The notes beneath the pieces were generated by a model that ran no database searches, was not told where the DNA came from, and saw nothing but the letters and a program-made list of their open reading frames with translations. From Raillietiella orientalis (lineage: Eukaryota): a stretch of DNA of 64,000 bases. Both the position numbers and the translations under genes were made by a program. Below are positions 11,010 through 25,265 of this stretch, piece by piece. Position 1 is the stretch's first letter. Every line of letters starts with the position of its first letter. Location of the stretch: positions 1-64,000 of the forward strand of contig JAYWIR010000016.1 in NCBI GenBank assembly GCA_036172245.1, written 5' to 3'.

Positions 11010-14000
11010 GCCCCATCGACTCCGCTGTGTATCAGGGAGAGCCGCGCCCGACACCGCTCGCGGAGATCCGGAAGCTTCGTCTCGATCTTCGGGCCCTTCT
11101 CACAGAGGGGGTGGTCGGAGATCCTCTGTTCCCTCTGTCCTTGCCTGTCCCTGCGTCTGCCGGCCGCCCCTCTGGCCCACGTGAGCCCGCGTGCTCGCTC
11201 CCCATCTGCCGCCTGAAGACAGCGAGGGGAGGAGGCTCCGAAGGGTTGCGAAACGTCGCGGGGTCCTTCCTCGAGAACCCATTCCGTTCGTGACTCCTCC
11301 CGGGGGAGAAGCCGCGCCCTCCCTTCCTCTCGGCGACGGCTCGCACGCTGCCCTGAGGGGATCCCTCGCTTTTCCTTCATGAGAGACGCGTGTGGAAGGG
11401 GGAGGAGTGGAGTCCAAGAGGGCGTCCTTCCTGCAGCATCCCTCCCTCCTCCTTCCAGTGCAGGACGCAGCGGGGCGAGATCTAGGAGAGTCAGGAGCGC
11501 TTCCGGAGGTCCCTCCGGGGAGCAGCGACAGAGGCTGCGGCACCGCGAGAGACGGGCGCAGCCGTCGCTTCGACGCCGGGACTTCCCGCCCACCCTCCCT
11601 CCTGGGGAGGGAGGCGAAACAAAGGGGGGACGAGCGGAGGTAGGGAAGGGAACGGCGGCAGAAGGGAGACTCCCTCAGTAGAGAGGGGAACGCCGTGGCC
11701 GCGCCTTCTGGAACAGTCCTTCCGGGAGGCGCGAAGACTTCGCTCTCCCCACCCCGCGTCGTCTCTGCCTCTTTCCCTCGGCTCCCTCCCTCGCCTTCCT
11801 ATGTTTTCCTCCCCGCTCGTGGGGATGGGAGGGAGCGAGAGGAGGGGAAGGGGGAGCCGCCGCCGAACCATTTGCCTGCCGATCTCTGCGGGCTCCCGTC
11901 CTCCCGCGCATCGACTGCGCACCTCCCCGCCTCGCCGCGCTCTGGAAGCCAGGCACGCAGCATCCCGACCCCTCTTTCCCTCTTCTCACACAGTTGGCTC
12001 CGACTTTTTTCTTCCTCTTCCCCTTTTTTTTTGACCTCCAGGACGTGTCAAGGGTCGTTGCAGTCGGATTTTCGCTTCCGACGCGCGGCGCCCGAAGCAG
12101 AGGACGGCGGCGGGCGCTTCCGCGGGACGCATCCCTGCGTAGAAGAAACGAGGAGGAGAGAACGCTTCACAGGGGGAGGAGGGTAAGAGGGGTAGTTGCC
12201 ACGTCTCGGCACCTCCCCCCTCCACCTCCCGAGGACGCAGAGAGAGAGCACTCTGGAAGACAGAGGAGCTGCTCCCGGTTCCGATGACTCTCCCAGGCGG
12301 AGGGACGGGGGGGGGGGGACTGCAGCAGTTGCGCGGTCACGCCGTCGCCCGCTCCCCTCTCTTCAGCAGCATCTGCTCCCCACCTGCCTCCGGTAAGGTA
12401 GACGCAACGCTCCTCCTCGCGGTCCCTGAGTCGACTCTCGCGGATCATCCGTGGTGGGAAAGGGGAGGAAGGAAGGAGGGGGGAGTAGACTCCGTTCGAA
12501 GAGCAGCGCGGGAAAGGTGGGGCAGTTCCGAAGGAGGTTATGAGGGGTCCAGGGCTCCAAGGGACTCCCCGTCCCGCCCTCTGACGGAAGGGGATCCCTC
12601 GAAAGTGGGAGGAGGAGGAGGAGGAGGAGGAAAGGGAACAGCAGCAGCAGCTGCGGAGAGCGCGTGGGGTGTCATCGTCCGGGAAACCAACGGGCTGATC
12701 TACTCGAGGGGGAGCGCGCGCCCCACAGCAGCAGTCTCTCCTGCTGGAGGGCGCGCACGCGCATATCCGCGTCTTCCCGCAGGAGGGAAGGCTGGAGGCC
12801 GAGAAGGATGGACATCATCGAAGTGATGGTCACTTCGGCACCCGGAGAGAATGACGCCTCCGACAGCACAGAAGCGCCTCAAAGGGAGAGCACCGCCGCG
12901 TCCCCTCTTTGTCCGTTTCCAGGAACGAAAGGGAGCGCTTCCTCTTTGCTGCTCTTTGGGGTGCGGGTAACTCCAGGAACAGCATGAAAATTCCCAGCGC
13001 TTCACACTGGGAGGGAGCAGGAGATTCCCGCAGGGTGCGGGTAGAGCTCGCAAAGCAGAGGGGGAGGGAGGGGAGCTGCGTGTTTGTTCCTCCTCCTTCG
13101 TCCCCGTGGCGAGTGGAGAGATGAAGAAAGCTCCCCTCCCCCTTCTGGAACTGCGAAGGTCCGCCGTCGAACGCCAAGCAAAACCGGGAGGGCGGGGGGG
13201 GGAGAGCGGCTCTGCGACGCTGCGCGTCCAGAGGGCGACGGTGGCTGTGGCACCGCGAAAGCAGGCCGGTGCTCTCCCTGCCCTTGGAAGGGTGCGCAGC
13301 TCGGGAGCGGGATAGCTGTCACCACAACGACGGCCTGCGACGCGGGCAGCGACCGTCGGCCTCTTCCGCGGAAGCGGCGTACTGACCTTCCTACGAGGTC
13401 GGTTGCCCCCGTGCTCTCTTCGGGGCGAATCAAAGACCCTCCGCCCCTGGGTGCTCTGAGCCCCGCGGGCCGAGGTGCAGGGGAGCGCCCTTGGAGCCGC
13501 GCCTTGCCTTCCCTTGGGGGAGAAGTGTGGGGCCGCCAGGGTCCGGAGGCTGCACCGCGCGACCTAGGGGGAGGGAGTGAGACTGGAGGGGCTCGCCAGA
13601 CCTTCCCTCCCCCTCTCCCTGGAAGCTGCTCGCCCTGCCCGCGGAAAAGCCCTCAGTCGCAGGGACCACGAGAGGGCCGCGCTCGGGGTCCACCAGCTAC
13701 GCGCCGCCTTCAGCCCAGCAGCGGACTTCGTGGCGACCCCGAGGTCATCCCTACGCCTCCTCCTCTCGCCAGCTCATACTCCTCGCCTTCCCTGACCTCG
13801 CAGAGCGGGATGGGGGCTCTTCCCCGCAGCCGCCACTTCCCCGGGCTTTCACGAGCGAAGGGCGGCGGCGGCTTCTCACCTCCTGGAGCCCATCGGGGAC
13901 GCCCACCCGGCTACGAAGGCGACCGCGGCCAAGGGTATTCGAGCCCGCCACTGCCGCCACAGTTCCAGGCGCTGCGGCAGCAGGCTAGTCGACCCTCCTC

Positions 14001-15465
14001 CCTTCGTCCGCGCGTGGGGGGCAGCGCGCGGTAAGAACGCAAGGACACTCTTTCCGCTCTGCTCTCTCTCGGGTGAGGTGCAGGAAAAGAAGGGAGGTGG
14101 TGCTCAACCCTCCGTTTTCCTGGATCCCCCGGATCCCACGTGGGGAGGTCCGATCGCCACGGAATTGGGCATGGTGAAGCCCCGTAGGAGAGGATGAGGA
14201 AGGGGAGAGGGAGAAAGATGGTGTGAGTTAGGGGCGGTTCCTAATTCTCCTCTCCGTCGCGGCGCTCTAGCTGGTGGCGCGTCTCTGGAGGCCAGCCTGG
14301 CGGCCCCGGGGATCCTGAGTGCAGACGGAGAGATTTTTGCCCTTCTCCTCCCCCTCCCTCGGTTGAGGGTTGAGGGACAAACCGCAGTGCAAATTCTCCT
14401 CCCTCTCCCCTCCCCTTCTGTCGTCTCCGGGAAGGAATACCCCTGTGTCTAGCCCTGGATGACTCGCCTGCTCCTCCTCGTTCTCTTGTCCACTTGAGGT
14501 CAGCTACCAGAAGCTCCCCCGTCTCCGGTCTTCCTTTCCTCCCCTCCCAGAGGTTCCCGCAGACGAACAGGGTCTTCCGGAAAACAGACAGGAAGGGAAA
14601 AGGGCCGGAATGTGCAGGCTGCACGAACAGAACTCTACTTTTCTCAACCCTTTTCTTCTTCGAAGTGGATTATCGGAGGACTCTGCTCCGAGAGTCTTCA
14701 TGGCAACGGGAGCGGACGCGCTGCCGCAATGGAGCTCTGGGGGGGAACTGTTCCTTCGTTCTTCACGAAGCTCCCTGAGTCGGAGAAGGGTCCGGGAGCT
14801 TTCCGGCCTGCCACCCTCAAACATCCCTTCACTTTTCCCACACTGGTCTTCAGGACCCAACTTCACCGGGACGCTCCGGACCACAACTTCCCTCCTTCAG
14901 CTGACCCGATCCCTCGAAGATGGGCTGCGCGAAGCTGCCTGTCTGCCTCCACACCGCTGGGGAGGCGAGCGGCGGTCGGGAGCCTCTTCTTCGCAGGATC
15001 CAGGGACGGGGAGCGAAGGTGGGAACGAGAAGGAACCTCTGTTCCCTGAAGCATCCGCGCCGGCGGCGGACCGGACAGGACGCCGGTGCCTGCGGCGGGG
15101 GCCACCCGAGGAACCGCTAGCTCGCAGAGGGAGGGAGGAGGGGCGGGCGCGTGTCCCTCCGTCCGCGGGGGGTTTCTTCCTCCCTCCGGGGAAGATGGCG
15201 CTCGCGCGTTCCCTCGGCTGCCTTTCGGGAGGAGCCTCATGGAGACCGTGTGCAACGGGACAAGGACATCGCCCTTCTCTTCTGGCTGGAGGCAATGCCC
15301 GCTCGGAGGGGAAACTGCCGCGGGCGTCGCACCTGGTTCCTCCTCCTTCTCCTCCTCCTCCTCCTCCTCCTGGCTGGGCGCCTCCCTCTCGCCAGTGCTG
15401 CTCGACGGATTTCCGGAAAGGGACTCCCTTATCGGCGGCTCCCCGCCCGGCCCGACGAAGCTGAC

Positions 15466-15586
15466 CCTCGTAGGATGGAGAAGGTCATCAACCTCGCGAG
15501 CGGGGGTTCCTCGCTCCTCGCTCGATCCCGCAAGAGGGGCGCGCGGCTCGCGGATCCTCGTAGGACGGAGAAGGTCATCCACCTCG
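15466..15586. repeat. 31-bp direct repeat (29/31 identical), 90-bp spacing
   Basis: cctcgtagga(t/c)ggagaaggtcatc(a/c)acctcg at 15466 and 15556. Confidence 0.9.
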
Positions 15587-16272
15587 GGAAGGAGGAGGAG
15601 GAGGAGGGGGAAGGTCACCCTCTCTCTCCCGCCTGAGCGACTCGCCCGGGGTGACGCGGCCCTCCTTCTCTCTCTCCTACCCCGACGAGAGGGCTCGCAG
15701 GGAAAATTCCTAAGAGACCCGCATTCCGGCTACCCGTCGCCAAGGACCCGTGCGCTCCGGGAGAGCGGGTAGAGGCGGCTGCGGCTGCTGCGAGCCTTCC
15801 CGGACGACGCCCGCGGATGCGGCGGAACTCCACCTCCGCCGCAATGGCGGCCGGCAGCTCCCTGCACGGGTGAGGGTGGGAGCAAAGGACGGGGAAGGGA
15901 ACTCTTCGAGGCGATGACACCCCTTTCCGAGATATGACCTCGTGACCTCGAGTGTTTCAGGAATTGGCAAATACAGGCGAGGAAGGACAAAACTGCCCTA
16001 CGGAGGTGATCCATCTCCTCCCTTCCGACTTCCTTCCCCTCCCCGGGCACCGTGTGCTCTTCACCTCCTTCATCGCTCCTTCCCCTCCTGCCCTCATGCC
16101 TGCTTCCTGTCCGGTGGCGCCACCTCTCCGAGGGCTTCGCGCGTCCTCTCTCGGAACGGGCGCCGCCTCCAGATCAGAAGACGGTGCGCACTCGTCTCCC
16201 TTGACTACCCCGTCAACCCCACCGAGAAAACTCGGGAGGAGGGCATCCTAAGTCTCCGTTTCCGGGATCGAA

Positions 16273-16390
16273 TGCGTCATGGAAACCAGTTGATTCAAAA
16301 AAAAAGGGGGAGGAGGGAGGAGGGGAGAAAGGAAAGGAAAGAAAGAAAAAGAGAAAAAACGTGCTGCCATGGAAACGGGATATCACGTGA
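16273..16390. promoter_or_regulatory. Enhancer-like module: two X-box-like (RFX) sites plus a palindromic TCACGTGA E-box
   Basis: tgcgtCATGGAAAC (16273), gctgcCATGGAAAC (16363) and TCACGTGA (16383), in an A-rich island. Confidence 0.5.
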
Positions 16391-19300
16391 GAAAAAGGGA
16401 AAAACATCGCTTCCTTCTCTTATAGCGCTCTTTAATTCGATCTCCCTCTTCCTCCCGATCTCGCATCCCACTCCGTTTTGTCAACTGTCAAGGCCTGGAA
16501 GCGCGTCCTCTGCATCCACGTCGCCCCAGGAAGCGCTCTCCCCCTTGGCTCTCCCATGCCGACCCACAGTGCGTTCTCCTCCTCTTCCTCCCCTGCCCGC
16601 CTTCCTTCCTCGACCCCTCCGATCCCCGCAAGGATGTCGTCACCTGCCGTTGCCTCGCAGACGCGCGGGGATCGTCCCCTGAACAGAGGGAGGATCCCCC
16701 CACTTTTCTTCCTTGAGATCATTCGTGGGAGATGGCATGTTCCAGAGCGCATACCCTTTTGCGCTTTTTCCCGGTGACCTGACCTTGGGAAGGGGCGGGC
16801 CCAGTTTGGCTGTCCTTGGCGTGAGACAGGAAACGGCGGCGGCAGCCCGCTATCCTGCCCTTCATCCTGGAAGCGTCTCCTCGAAGGAGGAATTCCCAGG
16901 ACGGAGGGGAACGCGGCGGCGCCTTCCTACCCTGGCCCATCTCGCTCCGTCCTCGGGAATCTTCGCCCCCTCTCCTCCCTCCTCTCCTTTCCCGCCTTCC
17001 AGCAGAAGGGGAGGGGTGCATTGGCGCGTGGACGCCACGAAGAAAGGCAGGGGAGACGCCGCTGCTCCCTCCCACCGGCCTCCGATTCGCCCAGGGGTCT
17101 CCTCCCCGGGTAGCCGACAGTGCAGTCGAGGACGGCAGGGCGTTCCTGTTCGAAACTGCCCTGCGGCTTCCTCGACCGACCCTTTCCGCTCTCCGGAAGG
17201 AGGAGGGGGACACGGGATAAAAGAGGGACCCTCTCACCCTGTCCCCGGGTACGGAGCCCCTGCTCCCCGCTCCCCTTCCCTCCGGGTCCCTTTCGCGGTA
17301 GTCGGTGGTCTCCCCTCCGCCCCACTTGTTGTTGGCGGTGGCCTCTTTCCCTGTGCTCCCACGGAAACCAGCACCGCCGTCGGCGCGGGAACGTGGGATC
17401 ATCCCGACCCTTCGCGGGGAGGGAAGGAATGGATCACCCATTTCCTCCTTCCCCCGGCGGTCCATGAGCCCTTCCCCTCCCCTCTTCGCACCGCGGGACC
17501 GTCCCGAGGGAGGGGTCTCCGGCAGGAAGGCGTGCAACGAGCCCAGGCCAGAAGAGGGTAATAGGGCTCATAAGTTGAAGAGAAACGCGCCTGCTGAGAG
17601 AAAGAGAGAAAGGACGGGCAACTGGGAAAGCAGAAGCAGCAGGGAGGGCGCTCTGGAAAGGGAGGGGGTCTCAAGAGCCCTTCTGGCCTCGCGGACAGCC
17701 GTCCTGCGCCAGAGTGATCGGCGCCACAAGCTCCCGACTCTCTTCCTCCCACTCCCGATCGGGGAAGGCAGGGAGGAAGCAGGAGGCTAGCGGGGCTGCT
17801 GTCCGCTGGCCCACCGGGACGCGGGGCGTTCTCTCCGGGGGAAGAAGCGAGGGGGAGGGCGCACTCCCTCGCTCGGGGAAGCGGGAAGGGAAGAGAAGGA
17901 GATAGCGGGGGTGGAGGAGAAGGGAGTTGGACCGTCTCCAGGAGACGGCGGCGTCACCGCGCTCCGACGAGCCTGGTGGTGCTACAAAGGGCGATGACAA
18001 ACTCGGCGCAGGCCCGAAATAGCGCGCCGCGCCTCTTAAGCGCCTCCTGGCGGAGACGGCGCTCGCGGGGCTGTCAGCTCCTCGCATTTGTCAAAACGGG
18101 GCGCCGCTCCCCGCACCACGAAGGGAGAGCAGGGGATCCTCCGCTCTTCCCCCCTCCTCCCCACCCCCCGCACCCATTTTTTTCCTCCCCCTTCCTCCTA
18201 CTCCTCAAGCAAGACCCGCCGCTATATCTTTCGCCGCCGCCCCTGCCTGCCGGGTTCCCGTCTTCGCCCCGTCTTCCTCGCCTCTGGATCTCCAGGAGGG
18301 GAGAAGGGGTGGGGTGGGAAGGTGCCAGTCGGCCGCGCCACCCGGAGGCCTCTCCGGGGCATCTGCTTCAGCGGACGAAAAGGTCAATGAAAGTCGGCAA
18401 GCGCGCAGCGTGGGTCCGTGTTCCCAAGGGGGCCACGGAGGGAGGGAAGAGGTCCGCAGCTGCCCTGCAGAGCGGCTGCGGGGGCGGACCGCAGCGAGAG
18501 GGAGAGGAATGAAATGAGCAAGTTTGGGAGGAGGAATGGGGCAGTGTCATCGGGTTGCAAGCCGCTTCCAGGGATGACCTGGGCGGTGACACCCTTCCTC
18601 CTACGCGAACGTGCCCTTTTGAGGTGGGACCACCCCCGCAAGCAGCGGGACAGCGATGGGAAGAGCACCTTCACCTATCACTTACCCCACCCAGAGGGGG
18701 TGCAAGAAATTGCCTGTTCACAGACAGGGGGCAAAAGAGGCACTCGGGATGGCCTCGCCGCACAGGAAGTCTGCCTCTCCTGCAGTGGAGCGCTGGAGAA
18801 CTGGCCGTGCCAGATGACGCGCGCATCACGTCTTTGCCGCAGCGAGGGCCCGGGACCATTCTTCGGGCCCTGTCTGACTTCTTCCAGAGAGGCTCTTCCG
18901 AGATGCTGGACAGGTCGAAGCACCTCCGGGCTGCTTCCCCGTCACCCGCGCTGCCTCCTGCCTTCGGGCATCGGAGTTCATAGGGCGCCGGGAGGTCCGC
19001 TGCCGCCTCTCCATCAGGGAAGAAGGAAGAAAGGAGGAAGGGGGGAGGGCTAGTGACCACGGTGGTAGTGGTTGGCAAGTCGTTCCACAGCCTGCGAAAG
19101 CAACTGACCAAGGGAGGGGGGGGACAGGTTTCGGGGTGAGGAGGGGAAGGTAAGGGGTGCAGCGAAGGGAAGGCTATGACCGTTGCCGAAGAAGCGGAAG
19201 TGCCCCAGCTCTTCCCATTCCGACTCCCCGTCCCGTTACCTGAGAAAAAGGGCATGCGAGCTGGAGGAACGGGGACAAGGAAAGGCGGGACTGGGTTGCA

Positions 19301-22300
19301 GGAAGGACGCGGAGGCTCCACCAGCGCGAGTCGCCTCCAGGGAATTCTGGGAGAGAGGGGAGAGCGGAGGATCAAGTGGGCGGGACCTGAGATCCTTCTT
19401 CCCCCTATCCCCTACCCCATCTTCGAGCGGCGCGCCCAGGCTGCACGGGCACCTGCGAGAAGCTTCCGGTGTCTTCGCGGAGCGAGCCGGAGCGCCACCG
19501 CGCGCGTACGAGGGTGACGTTTCCTCCCCCGCTTCTCCTAGCGGAAGAGGCAGGTCGGACGCTGCCGCCCCTCTCCGACTCCCTTTCTGGCTAGGACTCA
19601 CGAGGAAGGCTGCTGCTCAGCCCCCTCTCCTGAGCGTGTGCGTCTTCAGGCAGGGGGAGAGCCGGCTAGTGGGTGAGGACGCAGCAGGGGAGTGGCAAGA
19701 GAGGGGGGGGGGGCACGCTTGCCAGCGCACGCGCACGTGGGATGACGGGGGAGGGTTTTCATCGGACAGCCGAGAAGCGGCGCGCGCATCATTTCAGAGT
19801 CGCCCGCTGAGCGTTCCCGGTCGAATCCGAGAAGGGGAGGGATGGGGAGGAAGCAGAGGGACCCGCGCGCGCGCTCGAAGCGTCACGTGGACTTTCCGGA
19901 GGATTTCGACCGCCGTGGCATCCGCAGCGCGCCTGCCCCTGGCTCCCCGGGAGACGAGAAAAAGAGGAAGGAGAAAATAAAACGCAGGCGGCGGCAGCGC
20001 GGATTCCTCCCGGCGAGCGCGGGGAGAGGGGAGAGGGAATGGACCGCCGCCGCGCGCGGCAAAGGCGGCCCTCGACGGCCGAAGAGCTCCCGCACGCCTG
20101 CCGACGCGACCCGCGTCAGCTGCGAGGAACAGATCGATCGTCTCCCCGTTCTGCCCTCGCTGTGCGCCCTCAGCATCCTCGATCTCAAGAAGGCCGCGGC
20201 GGAGCGGCTCCTCCTCCTCCCTTCCTCCCTCTCTCCTTTCCTCCCCCATTCTTCCACCTCTTCTTCCCTTCCTCCCTGTCTCCTGCTTTCCTCCACCTCC
20301 TCCCTTCCTCTCCCTCCCTTCTTCCTCCTCTTCTCTTCCCTTCCTCCTCCGCTCCTTCCGAGGAGCGTGTCGCAGAGGTGATTCACTGCTTCCTTGCGGT
20401 GGGAGGCAATTGGGGGTGGAAAGAAAGTGCAAAGGTCACGCATTCCCAGCGCTTTTCTCGGAGCACCACTGGCCAACCGTTTGTGGGTCCCGGAAGGAGA
20501 CGCGACGATGGCGTGTCGTAGAGACAGCGCCACTCCTTGGAGAATCGGAAGGCGCCCCTTGCCCCACACATACGAAAGGATGGCGCTGTGGTCGGGCGAC
20601 GTCCGGGAAGTTCCGGCGCCGCAGCAGAGACGACAGAGGGTGAGACGGCGAGGCAGACGGAGGGAGAGGAGGGGGAAGGGGTGAAGGCGGTAGGGAGCGA
20701 CAGGGATGGAAGACAGCAGCTCAGAGGACTGCTGGGAATCCCTCCGAAAGTGGAAAACATGGATGGGGATGCTGTGGTGGCTTGCAGGTAGCCAAGGGTT
20801 TTTGGAATTTGTGGATATGGGGCGCCCGGGGAAATTGCTGGGCCGAGTGCCTTCCCTGGTGGCGGGGATAACACCAAGAGGGCACAGCTGACCGTTTGGC
20901 GCTTGGCTGCCTGAGGCTGCGGCAGCACCCAGGTGAGGGCCCGCGCTGATGCATCCGCTCCGACTTGACTGCCCCACTCGGGTCGACTTGACGTCGCGGC
21001 GCAACCGCATTGGGACGCCGGGTAGAGTCGCAGGGGGTGGGGGGGAGGTAGGGCACCCTCGACACGAGAGCTGGCTGGGAGGAGCGAGGTCACAGCCTCT
21101 CTTCCGGAGGAGGGTGTGCGCCCAGCTCTCTGGAAGAGGAGACACCCGGGTGAAGCAGCAGCATCTCTTTCCTCCTCCTCCTCCTCATCCATTCCTCTCT
21201 TCTTTCTCCTCCTCTTCCTGGACCCAACGAAAGGGAGACGAACGTTCCCCGAGTCCGCCGCAGCGAAAAGAGGAAGGGAGAAGGGAGCGTCTTCGCTGGA
21301 TTCCGACTGGGACGACGAAGACAGGCTAGGAGGCCCGCGAGGGGAAGTGCACTCTTTGAAGGGACGGCCGACGCGGAGGGGCTTCCGGGGTCGGTCACTC
21401 GGCACAGAGAAGAACCCACCGGTCTCGAGCGTTCCCGGAGAGGAGGCACCAGGATAACAGCGAGGGGAGGACGCTCCCAGTTCTCCCTTCCTCCTTCCCA
21501 TGGTTTCTCTCCAGCCCTCCCGGTCACAGCAGCCCGAGGAAATCATCCCACCATCTCCCCTTCCCGGATCTCCCCCCGCCCCCTTCTCCCTCTTCCCGCT
21601 GTCAATCCTGGTTCTTCGGGGTGTTGGGAGAAGCTTCAGAGAAGAAGCGACTCTGAAGAGGGCTGATGCGCCCAAGGACTTTTCTACCCGTGGAGACACG
21701 AAGGAGAGAGGCGCATCGCCCCCGCAACCGCGCTCCCCGCGGTGGAATCTTCCCGTGCTGCTCCCGCAGGGGTAGGAAAGGGACGCGCCTCTCTCCCTCT
21801 TCCCGCTGGCCCCAAGTGACCTTGAAACTCGCTCGACGCTGCCGCCTTCGGAATGCATCTGGCCCGTTCCTCCGTCCTGGCAGCGCCGCGGATGCCTTCT
21901 GAAGGGCAAGCAAGGAGAGAGGGAGGAGAGCGCCAAAGATGCCCCCCTCCTAACCCGTTCCACGCTGTCCTTCTTTCCGGACCCTCCGTTCCTCCCTGCC
22001 CCTTCCCATACAGAAGGAGAGTCGTCCCCCCCCTCGGAATCCTGGATCTGCCGCCGCTTCCCTCACGTGTTGCAGCGCGAACGCGTGCGATCCCGAGGAA
22101 GGTAAGGGAAGGGTGCCAGGAGGAAGAGGGGGGCGGTCTACCGGATCCTCCTAGAAGTGAGGTCGGTGAGGGGAGGGCGCTCTCAGGAAGAAGCAAGGGG
22201 GGGGCCTCCGGGAGGACGTGTTGGGGTGCCTGCCGGAAAAGGGACAGAGTCCCCTTCTTCCCCTCTCCCTCTTGTTCCCTCCCGTGACACCTTGCTGCCA

Positions 22301-22810
22301 TCCCGCAGGGAGGAACGCAGGAAAGCGGAGGGGGGCGTTGGCGGCGGCCGCCTCGCGAGGGCGCTTGGGCGCATCCGGAGAGACGGCCGGCCGCAGCCCT
22401 CGAGTTCGGCGGCGCCTCCGCGTCGCGCCCACTGGGAAGCTTCTCCCGCCGGCTGCTTCCTCCTCCCCGCCGCTGAAAGCCCCGGGAGTGGAGCGGCGGC
22501 TCCGAGCGGGATAGGCGCAGGGGCGAAGCCCGCCCGCCATCTTTCGACGACCCTGCGTCGACAACGGGTGCGGCCGTTGCCACGTTGGCAGCGCGTCGGG
22601 CGCAGGCGGCGGCGGCGGAGGGGGAAAGAAGGGGAGGGGGATGTGTGTGAAATCTCCTTCCCGTCCTCCCCCTGCTCCACAGTGGGGCTCCATCTGCCCC
22701 CGGACAACAGAGACCTGGGGATTCCTCCTCCCCCCGGTGCGCGCACGGTAACGCGACGAGGGAGGGGAGCAACACGGCTCCCGTCTGGAACGCGCGCGCG
22801 CACGAGCGCG

Positions 22811-22894
22811 TTTCGCGCCAAAACGCTTTTCCCGATTGCGCTGAGTCGGCGGGACTCGGCGATGAGAATCTGGGACGCGCGAGGCCAAAAATAG
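22811..22894. promoter_or_regulatory. E2F-type TTTCGCGCCAAA site and MEF2-like CCAAAAATAG
   Basis: Motif matches at 22811-22822 and 22885-22894. Confidence 0.35.
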
Positions 22895-25265
22895 CGGGTC
22901 GAACTTCGGGAAGCTTTGCCTTGGGGGGGGGGGGGGAGGGGGGGGGAGGAAACGGCCGCCTGCGCAGTCCGGCTCGCGAGCGCGGTATGACCTCCCTTCC
23001 TTTGACCCGAAAGGGGGAGCCAGAAAAAGAGGTTCCTTCCGCCCTTCTCTCCCCTTCGCTTCCTCGAAGTAGTCACGTGTATCCCCCCGGCCGTCGAAGT
23101 GACGCGCTGGCGCCACACCGGAAAGGAAGGGAAAAGCAGGAGCGGACGCGAGTCCCGGGTCTCCCAGGAGGATCTCCCTGCTTCCTCCCGGAGGGCGCAG
23201 GGGCATTCCTTTGGAAGGAAGCAAATGAAAAAAAAAACGACCACACCCTCTGTACGGCCCCGGGGCCGCTTGCGGAGAGGGGGGATGGGGCCCTCGAAGC
23301 ATCGCCTGGGAGCGGGAGCTGCCTGGCCCGTTCCTTGTCACGTGGGTGCAGCCTACTTCCCGTGCCGTTCGTCCCCCCTCCTTCGCCCCGGGAACCCTTC
23401 CACGGGCAGCAGGAGCGCAGGGAGGTTTCGCGAGGCGGAGAGCCCCGCGGCTGACGAGCGCGCGCAGGCGCAGCTGCTGACCTGAGAGCACGCGTGAGAG
23501 AGAGGGGAGGTGTCCGCGCACTGGGCGGCTCCTCTCGTGTACCCCTCCCCACCCCTTCACCCTCTTTCCCACCTCCCACACACCGCTCCACCGAAATGCT
23601 CGCTTTTCCCAAGCGCCATCGTGCGCGCGCATACCTGCCGAGTTGCACGCTGGAGGTGCAGCGTGCGAACCCGCGTGCACGTGCGCCAGGTCGCGCATGC
23701 TTGCGTGCGCGGAGCTCCTCAGCTGTGCGCGCGCGCGTCCCCGACTCACGGACGCCCTCCCCGGAGCGTGCGTGCCAGCCGCGTGCCGCCCCAGCAAGCT
23801 CCCGCTAACAGCGAGCGATCGGAAAAGGGAAGGGTCACGAGTGAAGGGAGCGGGCGCCCAAGCCGCTCTGCCGGAGTGGATCCCGTGGGCTTCCCTCCCG
23901 CCGGGGCAGCCTTTCCTCTTCCGCTCAAGGCAGGGACTGCAGATGAGGTTCCCTGGACCTGGACGGAAGCTTCCCGAAGGGATCATTCGCTCCCTGAGGG
24001 CTGCGGCGAGAGTCCCGGGAAAGGCGGTCCTAACCCCTGCCTGCTGGCTGCTGGTTGGTTTCAGGAGGTCGTCCTCTTTCCCGGAAAAAGGGAGCGGGAG
24101 GGGGAAAAGGGGCTTTTGCTTTTCCCCGCGTATCCCCCAACCGCTTCCCCGAAGGGAAAGCGGGAGGCTGCAAGAGTCGGCAAGTTCGGGAGGTCGGCCG
24201 CGAGCAAAAGAGCGCCCTGCCCCTGTGTGTGTGGAGGGGGGGATGCTTTCCTCGACCACGGTCAGCCTCAGTAGGGAAACGGGACAGGACTTCCTACTCT
24301 TTCTCGGATGGCGGGAGAAGCTGAAGCAGCGTCCCGTCCAGCGCAGCGGGGATAATTCGGTCCTTCTTCCCTCTTGGAACCATATAGGCGTGGGGGGACT
24401 CGGAGTCCGCCGCCGCTGCGGCAGTCGCACGACACGATGGAGGAAGGGGGGGGGAGGGAGTCTGACTGTGCCTCTCCCCAGAAGTGCAAGAGGAGGAATC
24501 GCTTCGAAAGCAGGATGGGTCTTCCGGTCGAAAGATTTCCGGGGAAACAGTTTTTTTTTCGCCGTGGTTGTCCTGCTCCTGTCCTTTCCTTTCCTCCCTT
24601 TTCCTTCTCCCTCCCCGTCCGTGCAATCTTCAGCTGTGGAAGCGACGTGAAGTAATAAACGCCAATTAACTCGGCAGCGACATCCTCCATCCACGGATTG
24701 ATCGGCTTCCCGGCCGGAGCCACACGCCGTCCTTTTCCGGGAGCGCTCTCTCCACATCCGCGTTCCTCCCTCCCTCCCTCTCCGCCAGACGAAAATTGCA
24801 CTGCGCCATTTTTCGCTCGGCCGGTGGGGACGCGGGGAGAAACCAAAATTTCCCGCCGTCGCGTCCGCCCGCCGTCTGCGTTCGCGTTGCGAAGCAACGG
24901 CTCTCCGAAAGCTGCGACCACGCTCGGCGCGCGGGGAGACGCTTCACGACCGAGCGTATGCCCTCCTCCATTCACCTTCGCTCCAGTTCCCGGCTCCGAC
25001 CAAGAAAGGAAAGGGGGGGGGGGGGGAAGGAAGCGTGGGGAGGAGGCTGCGTGGCCACATCCGAAGTAGTCCGAACGCGTTTCTCCTCCGTCATCCTCGA
25101 AGAGCACCGAAGCGTAGTGGGGGAGGAAAGACAAGAAAAAGTATCGCCTCGAAGGAGCACTCGACTCCGCCGAGCGTCTTTTCATTCCATCCGTTCATTC
25201 ATTTATTCCGTTTTTTCGCTCGCTCCCTCCCCTCCCCTTCCTCCCTCTCTCTTTCTTCCTTACAG

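Noticed and set aside
16714..16735. bantam-like 5' end TGAGATCATT
   Set aside because: The 3' half differs from bantam and there is no complementary arm forming a pre-miRNA.
22151..24757. 868-aa ORF, and similar long ORFs such as 28524-30329, 40684-42402, 40415-42085, 20383-21963 and 54866-56296
   Set aside because: They have R/G/P/S-rich low-complexity translations, overlap equally long ORFs in other frames and strands, run through homopolymers and have no domain motifs. This is expected from stop-codon scarcity in GC-rich DNA.
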